The notes under the pieces were generated by a model, which saw only the letters and a program-made list of their open reading frames with translations, did no database searches and was not told where the DNA came from. From an uncultured Acidimicrobiaceae bacterium (GTDB taxonomy: Bacteria; Actinomycetota; Acidimicrobiia; Acidimicrobiales; RAAP-2): a DNA stretch of 64,000 nucleotides. The stretch is from positions 7,305 to 71,304 of the forward strand of contig CAWGOY010000004.1 of assembly GCA_963824355.1 (NCBI GenBank). The letters are read 5' to 3'. A program made the translations under genes and the position numbers. Shown one piece after another: positions 1 through 9,713 of this stretch (within the stretch, counting starts at the first letter, position 1; each line of letters opens with the position of its first letter).

Positions 1-227
1 TTGATCAACGCCGTGGACAGATTGCTCTGAGCCGCTCGGTCGTTGGCCGTCTGGGTAACGCCGAGAAACGTGGGAATGGCGATGGCCAGCAGGATGGCCA
101 GGATCAGAAGCACCACCATGAGCTCGATCAGAGTGAAGCCGGCATCTCCTGGCTCCTGCTCCACAGGCTGCCGGTTCGCAGTTGACTCGGAGACCGCGTG
201 TCTGGGCACACCGAACTCCAAGGACAT
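1..227 (-). CDS. pilA: Type IV prepilin (major pilin), 5' part only; gene runs off the left edge
   Basis: From ATG at 227 the minus strand reads MSLEFGVPRHAVSESTANRQPVEQEPGDAG/FTLIELMVVLLILAILLAIAIPTFLGV. This is a class III signal peptide with a G|FTLIELM processing motif, Glu+5 and a hydrophobic alpha1 helix. AGAGG lies 5 nt upstream. Confidence 0.85.
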   Translation of the reverse strand, partial: MSLEFGVPRHAVSESTANRQPVEQEPGDAGFTLIELMVVLLILAILLAIAIPTFLGVTQTANDRAAQSNLSTALI

Positions 228-378
228 GGGACCTCTATCGACACCTTTTGGCCATGACTGAAGCAATTCTCCGCGGAGAAGCAAACAGGGGGTCAAGGAC
301 CGGAACAGGCCCGCTGTCCATCGTCGTCTCCGGACCGCCGCCCGGCCTGCCTCCGCTCTCAGCGCCCTCCAGCTGACC

Positions 379-1615
379 TCACTGCTGGTTGGGAACCAGC
401 TTGATGTAGTCGAACATCGGCAGGTAGAGGCAGATGACCATGGCGCCGACCATGGCGCCCATGACCACGGTCAGCAGGGGCTCGAGCAGGGCGGTCAGGT
501 TGTTGACCGTGACCTCGACCTCCTGGTCGTAGAACTCGCCGACCTTCTTCAGCATCCCGTCCAGGGCACCGGTCTGCTCGCCGACCTCGATCATCTGGAC
601 CATCAGGGGCGGGATGATGTCCTCGTGCTCGCGGAGGGGATCGGCCAGTGGCCGGCCCTCGCGGACGCCGTTCTTGGCCTCGATGAGCACGTCACCAACC
701 GTCCGGTTGCCGGACGTGTCGGCGCAGATGTCCAGGGACTCGAGGATGGGGACGCCCGAGCCGATCAGCGAAGCCAGCGTCCCGGTCATGCGGGCCAGAG
801 CGACCTTGTGGAAGAGCGGTCCGAAGATCGGTGGCTTCAGCATCAACTTGTCCCACCTACGCCGGCCCTCTTCGGTGGCGATCCACTTGCGGATCCCGAT
901 GATGGCGCCGACGATGACGGCGATGACCACGCAGCACCCACACGCTGGTGACGATGTCGGAGATCTCGATGAGGATCCGGGTCGGGAATGGCAGCTTCCC
1001 GCCCAGCGACGTGAAGAGGTTCTGGAAGACCGGGACGATGAAGACGATCATGGCCGTGAAGATGACCAGCATCACGCACAGCACCACGGCCGGATAGGTC
1101 ATGGCCGAGCGGATCGTCCGGTTCAGGTTGGCCTGCTTCTCGATGGTGTCGGCCAGGCTGCCCAGGACCTCGTCCAGGTTTCCGCCGACCTCGCCGGCCT
1201 GGACCAGGGTGCAGTAGAGGTGGGAGAACACCTTGGGGTGCTTGGCGCAGGCGGCCGACAGCGACGAGCCGTGCTCGAGGTCGAGGCGCACCTCGTTGAG
1301 CACCCGGGCCAGCGCTGGATTCTCGACCTGCGCGGCCAGGATGCCCAGGGAGCGAACCACCGACAGGCCCGAATCGACCATGGTCGAGAGCTGCCGGGTG
1401 ACCACGGCCACCTCCCGCAGCTTGACCCGATCGGAGAAGCCGGGGATCTTGATCTCGGTCTTGAGGTTGACGGCGGACTTCGGCGTCACCGAGATCGGCA
1501 TGTAGCCCATCTCGCGCAGCCGCCGGACGACAAGCGCCATGCTGTCGCCGTCGAGTTGCCCCTCGACCAGACTTCCGGACCGGTCCCGGACCTTGTAGTC
1601 AAATGTCAGTGCCAC
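379..1615 (-). CDS. pilC: Type IV pilus platform protein PilC (GspF family), one frame break near 930-945
   Basis: ORF 857..1615 (MALTFDYKVRDRSG...VQAGEVGGNLDEVL) plus ORF 379..930 (...MIEVGEQTGALDGMLKKVGEFYDQEVE...LPMFDYIKLV) give both T2SSF repeats of a full-length PilC. Total length is 3n+1. Confidence 0.9.
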
Positions 1616-1633
1616 GGTGCCCCGCTTCGTCGG

Positions 1634-2720
1634 TCAGACGGATGAGTTGGACTGCTCAGGTGTTGAGGTGGTTCCGAAGGTCTTCCTCATTGGAGGAGCG
1701 GTCGTAGGCGATGCTCTCGGAGATGAGGCCGTCCTTGACCAGCGGGCCAGACCCTGGTCCATGGTCTGCATGCCGAAGGACCCACCCACCTGCATCAGCG
1801 AGTAGATCTGGTGGGTCTTCGACTGGCGGATCAGGTTGCGGATGGCCGAGGTGCACACCAGTACCTCGCGAACACGGCACCCGGCCGGTGCCATCGGCGT
1901 TGACGATCAGCTGCTGGGTGACCACACCCTCGAGCGTGGCGGCCAGCATCACCCGGATCTGCTCCTGCTGGTTGGTCGGGAACACGTCGATGATCCGGTC
2001 GATGGTCTGGGGCGCATCCTGGGTGTGGAGGGTGGCGAAGACCAGGTGGCCGGTTTCGGCGGCGGTCAGCGCCGTCGAGATGGTCTCGAGGTCGCGGAGC
2101 TCACCGACCAGGATCACGTCGGGGTCCTGGCGAAGCACCCGCCGCAGTGCCTCGGCGAACGAATCGGTGTCCTCGCCGATCTCCCGTTGGGTGATGATCG
2201 ACCGCTTGTGGTCGTGGAGGAACTCGATGGGATCCTCGACCGTCACGATGTGCAGCGGCTTGGTCCGATTGATGATGTCGATCAGCGAGGCCAGCGTGGT
2301 CGACTTACCCGAGCCGGTCGGACCGGTGACCAGCACCAGACCGCGCCGCAGGTCGGTGAAGGACTTGATCGAGTCGGGAAGCCCAAGGTGTCGAACTCCG
2401 GCATCTCGTGGGGAATCGGACGCAGGGCGGCGGCCATGGTCCCCCGCTGCAGGGAGACGTTGACCCGGAACCGGCCCACCCCGGCAATGGAGTGGGACGT
2501 GTCGAGCTCGTGCTCCTCCTCGAAACGCTCGCGCTGCGAGGCGGGCAGGATGCCGAACACCATGTCCCGGATGGTTTCGTTGTCCAATACCGGGCAACCC
2601 TCGATGGGTCGGATGGCACCGTGCAGCCGGATCGCTCCCGGCATGTGCCGCCGTGAGATGGAGGTCCGACGCGCCCACGGCCACCGCATAACGCAGCAGG
2701 TCGTCGATGTGCAGGGGCAT
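1634..2720 (-). CDS. pilT: Twitching-motility retraction ATPase PilT, at least 3 frame breaks
   Basis: Walker [16 protein letters not shown], Walker [13 protein letters not shown], His box ATLHT and PilT C-end [31 protein letters not shown] are present. The sequence is spread over ORFs 1656..2720, 2282..2689 and 1634..1894. Confidence 0.9.
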
Positions 2721-2834
2721 CGAGCCGTTGGTGGCCGAAGCCGGAATCCCGGTATCCAGCAGGCGCTGGACAGTGGGTTCGCAGGACCCTCCGACGATCC
2801 GTCCGGACCGCTACGGTCGCCCGAACTGTCATGG

Positions 2835-3333
2835 TCACTCAGCGGTGAGCCGGTGGGTGGGCCAGGAGGCAGGTGGAGCCAGGTCGGCCGCCCCCACGTA
2901 CTGGGCGATCACCACCGGATCGGCCAGTACCGGGTTGATGCGGTAGCCCACGCGAGGCCGCCAATGCGTCGACATCGGCCGGGGTCGGCGGTTCGGCGAA
3001 GGCCACCGCCAGCACGTTGCCGTCGAACTGGAGGGCAACCGCCTGGTACTCCGCGGCCACACCCTGGGGCATGGCCGCGGTGGCGTCCGGGCTCGGCGTC
3101 ATGGCCGACAGGTCGATGGCCGGCAACTGGGCCAGATGGGCCAGCGCCCCGACCACCACGCCCGGGAGCGCCAGGTTCCTGCTGATCAGCAGGCTGGCCA
3201 GTGACTGGCCGGTGGCCCGCGACTCGGCCAGCAGCGGGTTGAGATTGGACTCCGTCTCGTACCCGCCCTGGACCAGCGCCTGGGCCAGCCGGGTCGACCA
3301 TTCGACACGCGTCTCTGCCGTCACCGGGCTCAT
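2835..3333 (-). CDS. Stand-alone T2SSE_N (GspE/PilB N-terminal, MshEN-like) domain protein, one frame break near 2940
   Basis: The ORF reads MSPVTAETRVEWSTRLAQALVQGGYETESNLNPLLAESRATGQSLASLLISRNL...LPAIDLSAM...AAEYQAVALQFDGNVLAVAFAEPPTPADVDAL. It continues in ORF 2835..3062 (YRINPVLADPVVIAQYV). ATG 3333 overlaps the pilB stop (ATGA). Confidence 0.7.
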
Positions 3334-6156
3334 GCGACCACCCGCAACACTTCTTCGAGGGTCGTCTCGCCCTCGATGGCCTTACGCAGCCCGCTCTGAC
3401 GCAGAGTCACCATTCCTTGTGACACCGCGAGTCGATGAATTTCGTCCACGGATCCTCCTTCGATAATCATTCGTTCGATCTCCTCGGTCATAGGCATGAG
3501 TTCGGCCAGGGCCTTCCGTCCCCGGTAGCCGGTGTTGGCACAGGCGGAACAACCCACCGCTCGGTACACCTGCGGCATGCCCCCCTCGGCCTCCACCTCG
3601 TCCGGCTTCCAGCCGGCTGCGGCGATATCGGCTTCGGTGGGCTCGTAGGGTTCCTTGCAGTGCATGCACAGCCGCCGGGCCAGCCGCTGGGCCAACACAC
3701 CCGAGATGCGAGGACGTGACCAGAAAGGGCTCAAGTCCCATCTCGATCAGGCGCATCGGCGTTGAGGCGGAATCGTTGGTGTGCAGGGTGGCCAGCACCA
3801 TGTGGCCGGTCAGGGCGGCCTCGATGGCGATGGTCGCCGTCTCCTTGTCGCGGATCTCACCGACCAACACGATGTCGGGGTCCGAGCGGAGGATGGACTT
3901 CAGCGCCGAGGCGAAGGTCAGGCCGGCCTTCACGTTGAGCTGGACCTGGTTGACCCCCTTCAGCTGGAGCTCGACCGGGTCCTCGACGGTGATGATGTTC
4001 TTCTCGGGTGAGTTGAGCGCGGTGAGCGTGGTGTAGAGGGTGGTCGACTTGCCCGACCCGGTGGGGCCGGTGACCAGAATCGTCCCGTAAGGCTTGGTGT
4101 AGATGCTCTCGTAGGTTTTGAGCAGGTCGTCGTCGAAGCCCAGGTCGGCAAAGCCGAGCACCACACTCGATTTGTCGAGGACCCGCATGACCACCTTCTC
4201 GCCGTGGATGGTGGGCAGGGTGGCCATCCGGAGGTCGATGCCCTTGGCTCCCACGTTGAGCGAGATGCGCCCGTCCTGGGGCACCCGGTGCTCGGCGACG
4301 TTCATGTCGGCCATCACCTTCAGCCGGGTGATCACCGCGGCCGAAATGGCCCGGGGCGCGGTGGACACGTCGTGGAGCACGCCGTCGATCCGGTAGCGGA
4401 TGCGGAGGTCCGTGGCCGTCGGCTCCACGTGGATATCCGAAGCCCGCTCGTTGAGTGCCTGCAGGATGAGGAGGTTGACATACCGGACGATCGGCGCTTC
4501 CTCGGTGACCGACTGGATGTCGTCGACGCCGTCGTCGTGCCCGACTCCGTCGAACCCCAGTGACGCCTCCATGGCCATGTCGGCGGCATCGCCGGTGTTG
4601 AACGCCCGCCCGATGGCTGCGCTGATCTGGGTCCGGGTGGCCACCACCACCTTGAACCTGCGACCCATGATGGTTCGAAGGTCGTCCATGGCGAACACGT
4701 CGGTGGGGTTCGATGCTGCCACCACGGGGACGCCATCGTCGTTGGCGATGACGATGACGTTGTGGTGCCGGGCTGTGGCCTCGGGGATGGAGCCCACCTC
4801 GGTCAGGTCGATACCGGCCGAGTCGAGGTCGACGAACTCGAGTCCCATCTCCTGGGCCATGCCCCACATCAGGTCGACCTCGGTGACCAGCTTCCGGTTG
4901 GTCAGGATGCGGGCGACGCTCTGGCCGGTTTCCTCGTGCTCCTCCAACACCGACTCCATGTCCTCTTCGGACACTCGTTCGCCGGCGACCAGAGCCTCGG
5001 CCAGTGACGGGAAGGGTTCCACCTCGTCGGGAGCGTCGAACACGGGCTCAAACCCCTGGTCGTCACCCTGTTGCTCCTGGTAGTTGGCCACGGCCTCGGC
5101 AACCAGGTCGGCGGCGAACTCCGTATTGTCGGTGGGTGCCTCCGGCCCGCCGGCGAAGCGATCGGCCCCGCCCTCCACGGAGCGGGCCAGCTCGGCCAGC
5201 TCCTGGGCACTGGCGGCCAATGCATTGCTCGGCAGCGGAGGCGGCGGTGGCGGGTAGGACGACTCGGGTCCGAAAGCGGGAAGCAGATTGGTGGCCGGCT
5301 CGAGCGTAGGAATGTCCAGGTCGGTTTGCTTGTCGAACCCCGCGGGCTGATCGATCGGGGATTCGAAGGTGGCGACCGATTCACGGCTGTCGGACCGGGG
5401 TCCACCGCTGAAGCTGTCGGGGCCGGCGTCCGGGTCGATCGGTCCGTCACCCGCCGATTCGTCGTGTGCAGCGAATGAGTATTCCGGCTGGCCGCTGGGA
5501 TCCGGTTCGCCCCCCAAGGTTGAGGCAGGGTCACCGGACCAGTCCGGACCGGCTCCCGGACCCCGCCCGTCGTCCTCCGCGTCCCGGCCCTCGGTATCGA
5601 ACATCGCCAGGTCGGTGTCGCTCGGGTCGGACCCCAGGCCCTCGAGGGAGTCGGCGATCGTGTCGTCGGGAACCTCTGCGTCGTCGGACGAGGACACACC
5701 CGGCTCAGGCACGGATTCAGCGGATTCCGGCCCGAACAGCTGGTCGAGGTAGTCGCTGATCTGCTCGCGGGATGCCACCACCGAAATGAAGTCACGCCCG
5801 ATCGACGCACGTACGTTGTCCTGGGCATTGAGATCGTCGGGATCGGCGGTGGCGATGACCGGAGTACCGAACCGACGCTTGATGGCTACCACGTGGTGAC
5901 GGCGCGCCAATGGCGCGGGCAGTATCTCACCCGCGGCCGGATCGACCCCGTAGGTGTCGAGATCGACAAATTCGAGGTCGTGCTCGCTTGCCATCCAACG
6001 AATGGCATCGACGTCACTCATCTCACCACCATCGGCAGACTGGAGCGTGAGATTGAACTCGAATCCAATTGTTCGGCCCTCCGCCGTGGAGGCGCCGCCG
6101 ACTGACCCTCGCACCTGCCCCTCCTGTTCGCCCCTGGTCCGATGCGCCCAGCCCAT
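3330..6156 (-). CDS. pilB: Type IV pilus assembly ATPase PilB with extended N-terminus, one frame break near 3715
   Basis: Walker [30 protein letters not shown] and ATLHTNDS lie in ORF 3382..6156. The zinc-binding C-end CMHCKEPYEP...GCSACANTGYRGRKALAELM lies in ORF 3330..3734. Likelier starts are GTG 6114 (AGGAGG 5 nt upstream) or ATG 6021. Confidence 0.9.
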
Positions 6157-6365
6157 AACCGGGGCACCGCCTTCACTGCCCTACTGGCCCAGAACCATCG
6201 CCGACGGTCGAGCGGTTCAGGAACCGGCGATTCGCGTCGATGGAGCTATGTGTTCCCTGCTCCATGGGCCGGCGGCCCGCCGTCTAGGTCCAAGCCGACA
6301 ATCACCCCTCCTACAGCGACCTGGTCACGACCGTCACTCGACGGTCCATCCCCACCCGTGTCCAT

Positions 6366-6380
6366 TTCAACGCTGTTGAA
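6366..6380. promoter_or_regulatory. Inverted repeat TTCAAC-gct-GTTGAA, 9 nt upstream of the pilD start
   Basis: Perfect 6-bp arms with a 3-nt spacer in the pilB/pilD divergent intergenic region, in an AT-richer patch (tttcaacgctgttgaatacatgat). Confidence 0.3.
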
Positions 6381-6388
6381 TACATGAT

Positions 6389-7204
6389 ATGAGTCCTGAC
6401 GCAGTTCCGCTACTGGCTGTGACCGTCCCGCTCGCCGGGATCATCGGGCTCTTCGTTGGTTCCTTCCTCAATGTGGTGGTCTACCGGACGCCACTCGGCC
6501 TCTCGGTGGCCGCGCCCCGCTCCTTCTGCCCCCGGTGCGACCGCCAGCTGGCCTGGTGGGAAAACATCCCGGTCGTCTCGTGGGTCGGGCTCCACGGTCG
6601 TTGCCGGACCTGCGATGAGCCGATCTCCATCCGGTACCCGTTGGTGGAACTGGTCACCGGGTTCAGCTTTGCCCTGGTCACCTGGGCCTGGCACGGACGC
6701 CTCATCTCGGCTGCCTACTGCGTCCTGGCCGCCACGGTCATCGCCGTATCGCTCATCGAGTACTCCGGTCAACGGGCTCCACTCTCGGTAGCCGCTATCG
6801 GCACCGCGGTCGGACAGCTCCTCGTGGTGGTCGGCGGAGTGTGGGACCACCAATGGGGCGTCGTTGTCGGGTCGTTGATCGGTACGTTGGCCGGCACCGC
6901 CCTGTTCATGGTGTTGCGCTCCCTTGATCCCGAGTGTGCCGATCCACGCGGGTACGGCCGCACGCTGCTGTTGACGTCCGGTTGTTGGGTCGGAGGACTG
7001 GGCGCGGTGCCGGTCGCCACCGGAGCCGGCGTATGGATCGTCGTCTACTTCTGCTGCATGGTGGGAAGCTGGCGTTGGACGCACACGAAGGCAGTGGTGG
7101 GATCGAGCCCAACCACCATTGCGGAAATTCCACCTCTGTTAGGCACTCCACTGGTCTCCGCGCTGGTACTGGCCATGACGGCGTCCCTCATCTCGTCGGC
7201 ATGA
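6389..7204 (+). CDS. pilD: Prepilin peptidase/N-methyltransferase homologue (A24 family) with atypical active-site positions
   Basis: N-end LFVGSFLNVVVYR and the Cys box CPRCDRQLAWWENIPVVSWVGLHGRCRTC are typical of PilD, and the rest is polytopic. Expected Asp motifs read SLIEYSG and GYGRTLLL instead of SLIDxD and GxGD(F/V)KL. Confidence 0.8.
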   Translation: MSPDAVPLLAVTVPLAGIIGLFVGSFLNVVVYRTPLGLSVAAPRSFCPRCDRQLAWWENIPVVSWVGLHGRCRTCDEPISIRYPLVELVTGFSFALVTWAWHGRLISAAYCVLAATVIAVSLIEYSGQRAPLSVAAIGTAVGQLLVVVGGVWDHQWGVVVGSLIGTLAGTALFMVLRSLDPECADPRGYGRTLLLTSGCWVGGLGAVPVATGAGVWIVVYFCCMVGSWRWTHTKAVVGSSPTTIAEIPPLLGTPLVSALVLAMTASLISSA

Positions 7205-7926
7205 CCATCGACGATGAGGCCATGAGGATCGTCGAGCCTGATGGGCCTGCCGACGACGCACTGGTGCGCCGGGTGGTGGTAGTCGACGATCACGAACTGC
7301 TCCGGACCGGGACCCGGCGCATTCTCGAGGATGCCTCCGGCTTCACCGTTGTCGGTGAGGCGGGGGACGGAGCATCCGCCTTGGAGATCGTGGCCCGCCT
7401 GGCGCCGGACCTGGTGCTGGTGGACATTCGCCTTCCCGACGGCAACGGCATCGATCTGGCCCGTCAGATCGCCTCCCAGTACCCCCGGGTTGCCGTGCTC
7501 ATCCTCAGTGCGTATGACGACGAGCATTATGTGCGGGCCGCCCTGGCTGCGGGGGTGGCCGGGTATTTGCTGAAGACCACGCCCAGCCCCGATCTGGTAC
7601 GGGCGATCCGAGCCGCCTGCGATGGTCTCCCTGTCGGTGGGCCGAAGCCGTCGGGCGGGGGTGAGAAGTCACAGCCCCGAGCATCCGGCTCGTTGACGCC
7701 GAGGCTCACCTCACGCGAGCAGGAAGTGGTCCGACTGGTGGCCCGCGGCATGTCCAACAAGGCCATAGCCCGCCAACTCGGGATCAGCCCCCGCACGGTG
7801 GAAGGCCACCTCAACCACGTCTTCGACAAGGTGGACACCACCTCCCGCACCGAACTGGTCCACTATGCGCTGGCCAATGGCCTGTTCGTCAGGAGCCCCG
7901 TCCACCGCGGAGTATCGGACCAGTGA
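7201..7926 (+). CDS. NarL/LuxR-family response regulator
   Basis: Receiver domain VVVVDDHELLR...DLVLVDIRLPDGNG...ILSAYDD plus LuxR HTH LTSREQEVVRLVARGMSNKAIARQLGISPRTVEGHLNHVFDKV. ATG 7201 overlaps the pilD stop (ATGA). Confidence 0.9.
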   Translation: MTIDDEAMRIVEPDGPADDALVRRVVVVDDHELLRTGTRRILEDASGFTVVGEAGDGASALEIVARLAPDLVLVDIRLPDGNGIDLARQIASQYPRVAVLILSAYDDEHYVRAALAAGVAGYLLKTTPSPDLVRAIRAACDGLPVGGPKPSGGGEKSQPRASGSLTPRLTSREQEVVRLVARGMSNKAIARQLGISPRTVEGHLNHVFDKVDTTSRTELVHYALANGLFVRSPVHRGVSDQ

Positions 7927-9561
7927 CCGGCCGACCCGCCAACACCGTGAGGACGGACGGGCAACCCGGTACATCCGCGAAGACGGAAACTGAGGACCCC
8001 GGGACTGAGGACCCCGGGACTGAGGACCCCGGGACCGAGGACGCCGGGACGGCGCCGACTCTCCCTCCTGACCACCAGTCCGGACGAGGTGGTGGTCCCG
8101 TCAAGAACGAAGCTCGACCGTGGACGACCACCTCGTTGTGGATGCTGCAGCTGGTGGTGCTGTCGCTCTACCTGGTCCGACTGGCGGCAACCGTGGCCTT
8201 CCACCTCGCTGCCACCTCACTTGCCGTCGAGCTCTCGACCCTCGCCCTGTTCCTGATTCCCGTGCTGTACGCCGCCCTCAACTACGGACTGCCCGGATCG
8301 CTGCTCACCGCCGGCTGGGTGACGCTGCTCGCCGTTCCCCGCTTCCTGACTGCCGTCGGCGACCGCCAGTATGTGGTCGCCTGGGCCGAGGTGATGCAGG
8401 TGGTGCTGCTCGACGCCCTGGCCCTGGTCATCGGACAACGGGTGTCGGCGGAACAGAAGGCTCGTCGGGCCGCGGAGACGTCCCGTCAGGCCCATCTGCG
8501 GGCCGAGGCCCTGTATCGGGATCTCTTCGACTCGAACCAATCCCCGATCCTGATTGTGGATCCCGAGGGTTTCGTGGTCGAGACCAACGCCTCGGCCCGT
8601 CGGGCCTTCGGTGGTGTTGACGCCGATGAGCAGGGTGCTCAACTGCCGCGATTGGTCGACTTGGTCGGACCCGATGCTGCGGCCCAGATCCTCACGCAGC
8701 TCATCTCCGATCACCTGCCACCTGCGTTCGACGGCGAGGAACTCTTGACCGGTACTGAGCCCGTCGAACCGATCCCCTTCGATGTACAAGGGGTCCGCAC
8801 CCTCTACCGTCCGGCGGCCACCATGCTCGGACCCTCAGGCCAAGACCGGCGAATGCAGGTTGTCTTCGAAGATGTCACCGCCGAAACCCGTCGCCACGAC
8901 CTGATCGAGGCCTACGCCGCTCAGGTAGTCCTCGGGCAGGAGGAAGAACGTCGCCACATCGCCCAGGAGCTCCACGACGGCCCAGTCCAGTCGCTCATCC
9001 ACCTGTGCCGACAGATCGACGCGGTGGGCACCCAATCCGACCGCTCTTCGAGAGACGGCCTTTCGCTTTCCGACCTCCGCACCATCGTGGAGGACACCGT
9101 GGCCGAACTGCGGTCGATTGCCAAGGGACTTCGTCCCTCGATCCTCGACGACCTGGGCCTGGTGGCTTCTATCAACCAGATGCTCACCGAGGCGGGCGGG
9201 CGCCAGCAGTTCGAGACATCATTCGGGATTACCGGCGTCGAACGGCGCCTCCCGCCCACCGTCGAACTGGCCCTGTTCCGGATCGCCCAGGAAGCCCTGT
9301 CCAACGTGGAGCGTCACGCCGCCGCCCGCCGGGTGGCCGTGGGGATGGACTTCGAGTCCGGAGGACTGCGCCTTCTGGTCAAGGACGACGGCGTGGGCTT
9401 CGACGGAGGGGTGCCCGACCGTCATACCCGATCACTGGGGCTTCCGAGGCATGTCCGAGCGCGCCCGCCTGATCGATTCCCGACTGGTGGTCCACTCGGG
9501 TCGGGGAACCGGCACGACCGTGGACGTATGGGTGCCGTCAACGGTTATCGATCCCAAATGA
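7923..9561 (+). CDS. Membrane sensor histidine kinase (HisKA_3/NarX-like), one frame break near 9425
   Basis: About 4 TM helices, a PAS-like segment, H-box EERRHIAQELHDGPVQSL and N-box FRIAQEALSNVERHA, then DDGVGF. The C-end GMSERARLIDSRLVVHSGRGTGTTVDVWVP lies in ORF 9118..9561. GTG 7923 overlaps the regulator stop (GTGA). Confidence 0.85.
7989..8048. repeat. 15-bp tandem repeat x4 (actgaggaccccggg; last copy 2 mismatches)
   Basis: Direct reading. It encodes TEDPGTEDPGTEDPGTEDAG at the predicted N-terminus of the histidine kinase. Confidence 0.9.
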
Positions 9562-9713
9562 GCTTTTTGCTACGAATTCTTGATTCCTGCACGCCCATTT
9601 CAAGTGATACCACCACTGACAAGGGACAATCCTGACCAGGTCGATCAGCAACTGTCACCCAACCGACATGAAATCAGGGGTTCGATCTCGTCAAATTATG
9701 GGATAGTTGGCGT

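Noticed and set aside
614-3185. Long plus-strand ORFs (614..1645, 343 aa; 1836..3185, 449 aa) antisense to pilC, pilT and the T2SSE_N gene
   Set aside because: Arg/Gly/Pro/Asp-rich, low-complexity translations with no recognisable motifs. They fully overlap minus-strand genes with strong family signatures. This is the typical open antisense frame of GC-rich DNA.
3857-5828. Alternative minus-strand frames inside pilB (3857..4867, 336 aa; 4902..5828, 308 aa)
   Set aside because: They are out-of-frame with the recognisable PilB sequence and extremely Arg/Pro/His-rich. They are not needed to reconstruct PilB.
6969-6989. Shifted frame inside pilD encoding VDVRLLG, resembling the GDVKLL catalytic motif
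   Set aside because: The annotated frame already aligns gap-free to the motif region (GYGRTLLLTSGCWVGG versus GYGDFKLFAMLGAWGG). Using the shifted frame needs two compensating indels and inserts extra residues. It is kept only as something to check in reads.
9676-9692. tRNA T-loop-like string GGGGTTCGATCTC
   Set aside because: The flanking bases cannot form a T-stem (no CCCC complement downstream), and no acceptor or anticodon arms can be drawn.
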